A stretch of 40,903 nucleotides of DNA from a virus (taxonomy: Duplodnaviria > Caudoviricetes), in the IMG/VR virus record IMGVR_UViG_3300033512_000217, positions 1 through 40,903 of that record; one strand, 5' to 3'. The notes beneath the pieces were generated by a model. That model did no database searches and was not told the DNA's origin. It was given only the letters and a program-made list of their open reading frames with translations. Positions within the stretch are counted from its first letter, which is position 1, and every line of letters starts with the position of its first letter. The position numbers and the translations under genes were made by a program. Shown piece after piece: positions 33,844 through 40,903 of the stretch.

Positions 33844-36465
33844 TTGGCTAATGAATTTTTTACATCAAAATCTCGCTGTGATAGATGTCCTCTTGAGTTA
33901 GAAATCAAAAAAGGTAAATTAAAAAGAGCCTCTCAAAAGAACGAAAGACAGTTCAGGCAGGATCTACACGACGTATCGAATCTAGATATTCTATTCATAA
34001 CAGATTCTGTTGAGCGACCTGAAGATTTTGATAAATTTTTTAACTTGATAAAATCAAAGGGTGTTAAAAATTTCGCAATAACATCTGCAATAGGTTGCCG
34101 TACTTTTTCTTTCGAATTACCCTCACCAACATACGAGACATATTCTTATTGTAACTCTTTTGATATACAGAAATATAATCCTAAAGTAGTTGTAGCTATG
34201 GGAAGATCTTTATTTCATTTTACAAGAAGTTCTATATTTTCTTCTTGGAGAGAGTTTAGAGAATTTATTTTTAATGATACTTTTTTCTATCCTCATATAA
34301 AAGATAAGTGGAAAGGCAGAATATATCCTTGTGGTTTTTTATCTGATATATTTGATTTTAGTTCTTTCGAGCATTATCATTTTTTAAGACAGATTGAATT
34401 TATACAGAAACATATAGATAATTATGAACAAGAGAAATTCATAATGCCTTCATATAAGGTTGAGGTGGTGGGAAATTTTGATACTTTTATATCGGATCAT
34501 AAAGAAAATAAAGTAGCGCTTGATACGGAAACTAGCGCATTGAATATGTTTGAGGACGACTTTAAAGTAGGGTGTATCCAGGCTTCCTTTGATGGTATTA
34601 CTGGTTATGTTCTTCCGATGGATATTATAAATAAGAGAAGATTTTCAGGCTGGCTTAAAGATAAATATCAGATATGGGCTAACGGTAAATATGACTGTAA
34701 GTGTCTTAATAGAGAAAAAATATCTGGTCATCATGTGGATGAAGATATACCTCTTATATATCACATACTTAATACAGAAAGGGAATCAAATAGTATCAAG
34801 GTGTTGTCTTGGTTTATCGGTTTCGGCGGCTATGAGGACGATTTGGACGAGTATCGTTCGAAGTATAAAATAGATAATTACCTAGATATACCTACAAGTA
34901 TATTATATTCATACGCAGGTATGGATGCAGTTGTTACTTTTCTTCTTGAAAAAAATCTACATACACAACTTGTACACAGACAGCAAGATACTTATAAAAT
35001 GTACAGAGATATTATTTTACCTGTTATTCCTGTGTTTCAGTCAATGGAGGAGGAGGGTATACTTGCAGATAAGGAGTATACAAAAAAATATCACAATATA
35101 CTTATTGAGAAGCTCGAGTTAATAAAGAAAGAGATATATAAGATCCTAGGTAAGGAAATCAATATAGGTTCTTTGGATGAGTTGGGACTGGCTTTGGAAA
35201 AAGCGGGGTTACCCGATTACGGTAGAAATAAAAAAGGTATTTACCGTACGGGGGAAGCAGTATTACTCCAATGGAAAAAAGACGGCTATGAAGTTATTGA
35301 TAAATTGATGGAGTATAGAGGGTTATCTAAGTTAGATAGAACATATATAGGCGTACAGGAGAAAGATAGCTCGTCTTTTTTTGAAGATGACGAGGTAGAT
35401 AAAAATTCGGGTATATACCAGCATATTATGTCAGACGGGAGAGTACATGGTAGTATTATGCCTGCGCTAACCGACTCACTCCGAAGTTTAAGTTTTTCGC
35501 CAAACATGCAAAATTTTCCAAAGTCCGGAGAAGAGGGTAAGGCATTTAGAAGAGTATTTATTGCACCGGAAGATTATTTTATATGTGAAGCAGACTATGC
35601 AGGTTTTCAATTACGTTTAATGGGAATCTATTCAGAAGACCCTACCATGATAGATGCATTTGTAACTAAAGGAGGAGACTTACATTCTATAACAGGATGT
35701 GAAATTTTTTCTCAAGGGACAGATATAGACTATTTCATGGAACATAAAAAAGAGGAGCCGTATAAAACAGCCAGGTTTAATGGAAAAACAACAAACTTAG
35801 CCTTCTGCTTTTGTCAATCTCCTTACTCTTTCCAAAATAAGATACGAGATCTATGGGCAGAAGAACAGGTCGAGTCTTATATAAAAAATAATAAGCCTGA
35901 ACTTGTTTTGGATAAGGGGGGGAAAATAAATAAATATCTGACTATTGCTACAGATATTAACACTAAATATTTTATTAAGTATCCCCAATTAGATTCTTTT
36001 GCAAAAGCAAGGCAGGAACTTGCATGTAAACAGGGATATGTAGATTGTCCTATTTTTCCAGGTGCAAGACGACATCTCCCCGAACTCATTAAAATAGCTA
36101 GTAAATTACCTAAAGAAAAGGCCTCTCACTACTCTACACTAAAGAATATAGCCGTTAATGCAGAAGCACAAGCTGGCGAAGCTCTTAACGTTTATATTGC
36201 TTTACGTAAGATATACAATATCCTTAAGGAGAAAGGGTATAGGAGTCGTTTAATAGGGTGTGTACATGATTCAATTGTGCTCTATGTTCATAAAGATGAA
36301 GTGGAGATTATGTACGGAGTATTAAAAAATTGTATGGAGAGATTTGACTATAGTATACCTATTTTGGCTGAGATTGAAGTAGGAGGTGTTTGGGGGTTTA
36401 GTCCTGAGATTCATGATAAAAATTTAGAAGGATTTGTAGAAAAAGTTTTAAATAAAGGTAAGTAA
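33844..36465 (+). CDS. polA: DNA polymerase family A with N-terminal UDG-like domain and 3'-5' exonuclease
   Basis: Exo I ALDTET, Exo II NGKYD, Exo III YAGMDA, PNMQNFP, motif A ADYAGFQLR, DLHS, motif B RFNGKTTNL, NAEAQ, motif C VHDSI; N-terminal CxxC...CR...NPKVVVAMG as in SPO1-type UDG-like domains. Confidence 0.93.
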   Translation: MANEFFTSKSRCDRCPLELEIKKGKLKRASQKNERQFRQDLHDVSNLDILFITDSVERPEDFDKFFNLIKSKGVKNFAITSAIGCRTFSFELPSPTYETYSYCNSFDIQKYNPKVVVAMGRSLFHFTRSSIFSSWREFREFIFNDTFFYPHIKDKWKGRIYPCGFLSDIFDFSSFEHYHFLRQIEFIQKHIDNYEQEKFIMPSYKVEVVGNFDTFISDHKENKVALDTETSALNMFEDDFKVGCIQASFDGITGYVLPMDIINKRRFSGWLKDKYQIWANGKYDCKCLNREKISGHHVDEDIPLIYHILNTERESNSIKVLSWFIGFGGYEDDLDEYRSKYKIDNYLDIPTSILYSYAGMDAVVTFLLEKNLHTQLVHRQQDTYKMYRDIILPVIPVFQSMEEEGILADKEYTKKYHNILIEKLELIKKEIYKILGKEINIGSLDELGLALEKAGLPDYGRNKKGIYRTGEAVLLQWKKDGYEVIDKLMEYRGLSKLDRTYIGVQEKDSSSFFEDDEVDKNSGIYQHIMSDGRVHGSIMPALTDSLRSLSFSPNMQNFPKSGEEGKAFRRVFIAPEDYFICEADYAGFQLRLMGIYSEDPTMIDAFVTKGGDLHSITGCEIFSQGTDIDYFMEHKKEEPYKTARFNGKTTNLAFCFCQSPYSFQNKIRDLWAEEQVESYIKNNKPELVLDKGGKINKYLTIATDINTKYFIKYPQLDSFAKARQELACKQGYVDCPIFPGARRHLPELIKIASKLPKEKASHYSTLKNIAVNAEAQAGEALNVYIALRKIYNILKEKGYRSRLIGCVHDSIVLYVHKDEVEIMYGVLKNCMERFDYSIPILAEIEVGGVWGFSPEIHDKNLEGFVEKVLNKGK

Positions 36466-36477
36466 TTATTATATTAT
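36446..36477 (+). promoter_or_regulatory. TTTAAA-N17-TATATT promoter variant heading the que cluster
   Basis: TTTTAAAT 36446-36453, TTATATTAT 36469-36477. Confidence 0.55.
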
Positions 36478-36492
36478 AAAAGAGGTAGAAAT

Positions 36493-36912
36493 ATGAAAGT
36501 AAGTATTAAAAGAGAAATTCGATTTGAAGCAAGCCATCGTCTTCTGAATTATCAAGGGAAATGCAATAACATCCATGGTCATAATTATTTTGTCTGGGTT
36601 TATTTCCGAAATAAGAAAGACGAACTGGATTCACTTGGTATGGTTATTGATTTTAATGATGTTAAAAAAGGTATTGGTCAATGGATAGACGATAACTGGG
36701 ACCATGCTTTGATTCTTAATGAAGACGATAATGAACTCGTGGGATTTCTTCCAGTTACATTCAAACAATACGTTATGAAAGGGAACCCTACTGCCGAAAA
36801 TATGGCAATATTTCTTTTAACCCTGGGGAAAGAGTTGTACAAAGACGATGTTGAACTTTTCAAAGTGGAAGTATTTGAAAATGATAAAAGTGTCGCTATT
36901 GCTGAATACTAA
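36493..36912 (+). CDS. queD: 6-carboxytetrahydropterin synthase
   Basis: FEASHRL, CNNIHGHNY, GMVIDF, WDH, NPTAENMA, VFEND. Confidence 0.93.
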   Translation: MKVSIKREIRFEASHRLLNYQGKCNNIHGHNYFVWVYFRNKKDELDSLGMVIDFNDVKKGIGQWIDDNWDHALILNEDDNELVGFLPVTFKQYVMKGNPTAENMAIFLLTLGKELYKDDVELFKVEVFENDKSVAIAEY

Positions 36913-36928
36913 TAGTTAGAGGTGACTT

Positions 36929-37351
36929 ATGAAACGATATAATCCTACAAAATATTTGAAAATGCAAGAGAAGTCTTTGGGCGATATTGATAATTTTCTT
37001 CTTTCGAAAATTTTAACAATTGATCAGGGGGCACTGATCGACAAGATAAAAACAGTATGGAAAAATCTTAATATTAACCCTAATGCCCCTTTCGGTAAGT
37101 GTGAAGATGCTACGGTGGCGCTATGGCTACTTTTGGGTAAACCAAAAGATCTTTCACCTTATTTTTGTCAAGTTGGAGAGGATTACCACGCAGTTCTTTA
37201 TAATAAGAAAGAACGTATTGTTTTAGATATTACTTATGGGCAGTACTCAGATGAACAATTGTTTTTGGGATGGGCTGAGAAAGGCCCCTATAAAAGGCTT
37301 ACTAAAGCAACCAATACGGAAATCGCTGACCTTTTGGATGAACTACCATAG
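36929..37351 (+). CDS. Hypothetical protein with MKRY leader and candidate Cys-His-Asp triad
   Basis: GKCEDAT...YHAVL...VLDITYGQY; GAGGTG RBS; TACTAAT upstream. Confidence 0.65.
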   Translation: MKRYNPTKYLKMQEKSLGDIDNFLLSKILTIDQGALIDKIKTVWKNLNINPNAPFGKCEDATVALWLLLGKPKDLSPYFCQVGEDYHAVLYNKKERIVLDITYGQYSDEQLFLGWAEKGPYKRLTKATNTEIADLLDELP

Positions 37352-37397
37352 ATGAGTTGCTGCCTTTAATGTATATACTAAATAAAGGAGAAAATGA

Positions 37398-38081
37398 ATG
37401 AATAATATTTATTTAGCAGAAAGCCCACATCTCGTAATCCAAGGTGAAGGGAATTTAGTTGGAAAGAAGATGCTTCTATTTCGGGTAAGCGGTTGTAACG
37501 TTTTTTGTAAGGATTGCGATTCTCCTCATACATGGAAGCAATCCAAAGACAATGCCTTTACTTTTGACGATTTTGTAGAATACATTAACATAATGAAAGT
37601 TCAGAAGGAGTATGATTATGTTATGATCACAGGTGGGGCACCCTCTCTTTACAAAGCATTTATAAACCGTACAGTTCAAAACTGTGCCCACATTAACTTT
37701 CAGATAGAAGATGCTGGAGATTCTGATTGGAGTTCTTTTAGCAACTACGATAACGTGTGGTTTAGTTTTAGCCCTAAGATTGCATCTCTAGCAAGTTCAA
37801 CTAAAATAGATAACTGGGAAGCTTTTGTAAATACACCTAAGAATTGGATCTGCAAAGTGGTCGTATCAGAGGAAACATGGGATAATGATCTCATAGCGAT
37901 TGAGGATTTTATGGAAAAGTATAAAATTCCTTCTAATAAGATTTATCTTATGCCTAAAGGTATTCATACAGAAGAAATAGTAGAACAGAGTAAGTTTTTA
38001 ATTGAGAAGGTTTGGGAAAATAATTTTAACTTTTCTACAAGACTTCATATACTAATATATGATAACAAAAAATTAGTATAA
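37398..38081 (+). CDS. queE: 7-carboxy-7-deazaguanine synthase (radical SAM)
   Basis: IQGEG, FRVSGCNVFCKDCDS (CxxxCxxC), ITGGAP, SFSPK, YLMP, STRLH. Confidence 0.9.
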   Translation: MNNIYLAESPHLVIQGEGNLVGKKMLLFRVSGCNVFCKDCDSPHTWKQSKDNAFTFDDFVEYINIMKVQKEYDYVMITGGAPSLYKAFINRTVQNCAHINFQIEDAGDSDWSSFSNYDNVWFSFSPKIASLASSTKIDNWEAFVNTPKNWICKVVVSEETWDNDLIAIEDFMEKYKIPSNKIYLMPKGIHTEEIVEQSKFLIEKVWENNFNFSTRLHILIYDNKKLV

Positions 38082-38092
38082 GGGGTACTATT

Positions 38093-38362
38093 ATGAAAAG
38101 ATACGATCCAAACAAATACATGAGAGAAAAAGATGAGTACGCTAAGTTCGCCCCCCTCGCAAAGAAGTATAACGTAACAACCGAAGATGTCTTTGAAGGA
38201 CTATTAAATGCTTTTTCCGATAACGAAGATTTCTTCTCTCAGGAGATGTACGATGATCCCGAATCAATTTCAGATTTTGTAAACACTTCCTCTTTAAAAG
38301 ATATTCTCGATACTGCAAAAGAATTCAAAGTAGATTATATAAGGTTCATGAAAAAGAGGTAA
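38093..38362 (+). CDS. Acidic hypothetical protein with MKRY leader
   Basis: MKRYDPNKYMRE; TACTAAT at 38050. Confidence 0.65.
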   Translation: MKRYDPNKYMREKDEYAKFAPLAKKYNVTTEDVFEGLLNAFSDNEDFFSQEMYDDPESISDFVNTSSLKDILDTAKEFKVDYIRFMKKR

Positions 38363-38399
38363 TTAAGCTTACACAATATTATAATTTAAGGAGAATATA

Positions 38400-38825
38400 A
38401 TGGAAGATCGTTTGAAGCAGTTGTTTAGTGAAATGATGGAAGTCAATTGCGCCTGTAACGATGAGTTCAAAAAGCTCGTCGGATCAGGTGACAAGGAGAT
38501 GCAAAAGTTGTGGGTTAATCGTTATGCAGATGCTATGATTATGGAATGTGCTGAGTTGAAAGAAGGTGCAGGATGGAAATGGTGGAAGAAGCATCCAGAC
38601 TGGACAGAAGAAAATGAACATAATTTGCGTATAGAATTAGTAGATATTCTTCATTTTCTCGTAGCAGGTATGCAGGTACTTGGGATGAATGATGATGATA
38701 TGTGGGATCTCTATCTTAAGAAAAAAGAACTAAATATGAAACGGCAACGTGAAGGATATCGCGATGGTTCTTATAAGAAGATAGATGAAAACGGTAAAGA
38801 AGATAACTACAAATTGATGAAATAA
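38400..38825 (+). CDS. All-alpha dNTP pyrophosphatase (dimeric dUTPase / T4 gp56-like)
   Basis: ECAEL, WKWWK, IELVDILHF, YLKK..N..RQ..GY. Confidence 0.85.
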   Translation: MEDRLKQLFSEMMEVNCACNDEFKKLVGSGDKEMQKLWVNRYADAMIMECAELKEGAGWKWWKKHPDWTEENEHNLRIELVDILHFLVAGMQVLGMNDDDMWDLYLKKKELNMKRQREGYRDGSYKKIDENGKEDNYKLMK

Positions 38826-38835
38826 GGAGTAATGA

Positions 38836-39468
38836 ATGTACTATTCTAATCAAAACAAGCCTTTAACAGATGAGGAGACTTCTTCTATGATTCAAGAGGC
38901 AGCTAAGGCCTATGAATCATTTATGAAAGCTCTCAAGATCGATCTTAATGATCCTAATGCAGAAGGCACACCTAAACGTGTTGCTAAGATGTATGTAAAT
39001 GAATTGTTCAAGGGACGTTATCTTCCTAAACCTACAGTACAGTCTTTTCCTAATACTGAGGGGTACGATGAGATAATATTTACCAATTGTGAGTTACCTT
39101 CTGTATGCGCACATCACCATGTGATCATTAACAGTAAAATTTATATGGGTGTTCTTTCAAGCCCTGATACGGAAAGTAGACTGATAGGGTTATCTAAGTT
39201 TACTCGTATTGCGGAATGGGTTTCTTCTCGTCCAACTATTCAAGAAGATATGACGGCACAGATTCATAAAGAGATTGATGAGTTGTGTGTAGGTAATAAG
39301 GGGGTAATGGTCTATATCGTCGGTCAACACGGGTGTACGACTAATCGCGGTGTAAAGCAGTCTCGTAGTAAGATGGTTACATCTCGATGTTCGGGTTGTT
39401 TCAAAGATGATAGTAGTACTAAAGAAGAATTTCTGGCTATGGTGAAGAGTGTAGAAGGAGTAAGTTAA
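38836..39468 (+). CDS. folE: GTP cyclohydrolase I
   Basis: TPKRVAKMY, SVCAHH, IGLSKFTR, IQE, HGCTTNRGV. Confidence 0.95.
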   Translation: MYYSNQNKPLTDEETSSMIQEAAKAYESFMKALKIDLNDPNAEGTPKRVAKMYVNELFKGRYLPKPTVQSFPNTEGYDEIIFTNCELPSVCAHHHVIINSKIYMGVLSSPDTESRLIGLSKFTRIAEWVSSRPTIQEDMTAQIHKEIDELCVGNKGVMVYIVGQHGCTTNRGVKQSRSKMVTSRCSGCFKDDSSTKEEFLAMVKSVEGVS

Positions 39469-40235
39469 TGCTTATATCTCATGAAGTTCCTCTATGTCTT
39501 TTAGAAGATAGTAGATCTTTCAATGACTATTCCTACGCATTAGTTCACTTGTTCGATCTTTACCCTAAGTATTACGACTTTTATGTAGAAGAATTAAAAA
39601 TGGGTAGAAAGGTGTTACTGGATAATTCTATTTTTGAACTCGGGGCGGCATTTGACTCCGATAAATTTGCGTATTATGTTGAGAAGTTACAACCTACGGA
39701 GTATATTATACCCGACTCATTAGAAAACAAGGAAATAACTATACAAAATACCGTAGAATTCATTTCTAAGTACGGTAAATTGCCGGGTAAGAGGATAGGC
39801 GTAGTACAGGGTAAAACATGGGAGGAACTAAAAGACTGCTATAATTTCATGAAAGAAGTTGTTGATAAGATTGCAATTTCTTTTGATTACTCTTTTTATC
39901 TCCTTGGTGGTAAAAATTATATGCAAGGGAGAGAGGAGTTTCTCTTACGTCTTGCTGAAGAAGGTATTATAGACGAGGATAAGCCGCACCACCTACTCGG
40001 TTGCTATTTTCCACAAGAAATGAAAGCGTATAGAGGTATTAAGTGGATTGAATCTATGGATACTTCTAATCCTATAGTTCATGCTATAAAGAATATCTGC
40101 TATACAGAAGATGGATTACAGTCTAAGGAAAAAATTAAACTTGCAGAGTTGATAGATATACCTATTCAGGTTATTGATAGAAATCTTCTTAATTACAATG
40201 TGAGTATGTTTCGAAAGTTCTGTAATGGAGAATAG
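39468..40235 (+). CDS. TGT-fold guanine transglycosylase-like protein (DpdA-like, resembles the DpdA3 type)
   Basis: LLDNS, IIPD, GVVQG, HLLG, SMDTS in TGT barrel order; sits between folE and a formyltransferase. Confidence 0.72.
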   Translation: MLISHEVPLCLLEDSRSFNDYSYALVHLFDLYPKYYDFYVEELKMGRKVLLDNSIFELGAAFDSDKFAYYVEKLQPTEYIIPDSLENKEITIQNTVEFISKYGKLPGKRIGVVQGKTWEELKDCYNFMKEVVDKIAISFDYSFYLLGGKNYMQGREEFLLRLAEEGIIDEDKPHHLLGCYFPQEMKAYRGIKWIESMDTSNPIVHAIKNICYTEDGLQSKEKIKLAELIDIPIQVIDRNLLNYNVSMFRKFCNGE

Positions 40236-40237
40236 AT

Positions 40238-40759
40238 ATGAGGCGGTGGGTGGTTTTATTTTCACAGACTGGGAAGGAGATATCGGACCTATCAGAATGT
40301 CTGAATAGGCGACCCGATCTCGTACTGTATAATAATGAAGGGGTTGAAAATGTAGACGAGCGTCTCTCTCGTTATGTTACAAATATTTCTAGGGTTCCTT
40401 CTATAGAAGAATATAGGTGTTATCTTAAAAAAGATGATATTATAACCCTTCACGGATATCTTAGAATTATTCCGGCGGAGATCTGCGATGAGTTTGAGAT
40501 CTATAACGGACATCCGGGACTGATAACTGAATATGCATTTCTAAAAGGAAAAGATCCTCAAGAGAAAGCTTTTGATATGAAGTTAGATTCTTCCGGATGT
40601 GTTATTCATAAAGTAGTGGCTGGGGTAGATGAAGGTGAAGTAATAAAAAGTAGAAAAGTACGAATAAAAGATTTTAACTTAGACCGTGTATTTCTTATAT
40701 TAAAGAAGACATCATTAGATTTATGGATAGATTTTCTTAAGGAGAAGCTGTTATGCTAA
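40238..40759 (+). CDS. PurN-like formyltransferase (DpdN-like)
   Basis: VLFSQTG, LHGYLRII, YNGHPG, SGCVIHKV...VDEGEVI. Confidence 0.85.
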   Translation: MRRWVVLFSQTGKEISDLSECLNRRPDLVLYNNEGVENVDERLSRYVTNISRVPSIEEYRCYLKKDDIITLHGYLRIIPAEICDEFEIYNGHPGLITEYAFLKGKDPQEKAFDMKLDSSGCVIHKVVAGVDEGEVIKSRKVRIKDFNLDRVFLILKKTSLDLWIDFLKEKLLC

Positions 40760-40903
40760 TTGCTCTAACAGGGGCACAGTCTACAGGTAAGACTACATTA
40801 CTGGAGAAATTAAAAGAGAACGGCATGCTGCAAGGGTATACCTTTCTAACCGAGATAACGAGAAGGGTAAAAGATGGCGGTCTACCTATAAATGAGGATG
40901 GTG
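40753..40903 (+). CDS. P-loop nucleotide kinase, partial (runs off the window)
   Basis: MLIALTGAQSTGKTTLLE...EITR; AAGGAG RBS. Confidence 0.75.
   Translation, partial: MLIALTGAQSTGKTTLLEKLKENGMLQGYTFLTEITRRVKDGGLPINEDG

Noticed and set aside
40238-40759. Calling the formyltransferase a purine-biosynthesis PurN auxiliary metabolic gene
   Set aside because: No other pur genes are present and it is coupled to the TGT-like gene and que cluster, which favours a DNA-modification role
1-40903. CRISPR array or stop-codon reassignment
   Set aside because: No regularly spaced repeats seen; long genes are intact in code 11 and end in TAA, TAG and TGA
1-40903. Assigning a host or phage family
   Set aside because: Low GC, GGAG RBS use, sigma70-type promoters and class II RNR are not diagnostic; no structural marker gene in the window

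Overview
An AT-rich (roughly 30% GC by eye) segment of a large lytic dsDNA phage. Essentially every real gene is on the + strand and uses strong GGAG Shine-Dalgarno sites and the standard genetic code. Left to right it holds: (1) a recombination/replication block (RecA, tRNA-Arg(UCU), SbcC/Rad50-type ATPase, DnaN-like clamp, SNF2 helicase); (2) a ~7.7 kb nucleotide-sugar/glycosyltransferase cluster; (3) a TnpB-only IS200/IS605-type element; (4) DHH phosphoesterase, ClpP-like protease, DnaC-like loader, a free-standing GIY-YIG endonuclease, class II ribonucleotide reductase, primase, ligase, ThyX-like protein and a family A DNA polymerase; (5) a 7-deazaguanine DNA-modification cluster (queD, queE, folE, TGT-fold DpdA-like, PurN-like formyltransferase, kinase) that runs off the right edge. 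The most striking feature is a 318-aa intein in the SNF2 helicase whose endonuclease is not part of the intein polypeptide. It is a separate gene with its own RBS, ATG and stop, nested in the +1 frame, and its codon choice keeps the intein frame free of stops across 645 nt. Other points of interest are non-canonical active-site residues in the polymerase next to the modified-guanine cluster, unrelated small proteins sharing an MKRY leader, two recurrent promoter-like motifs, and an anti-RBS helix upstream of the GIY-YIG gene. All product calls come from motif recognition by eye; no database search was run.
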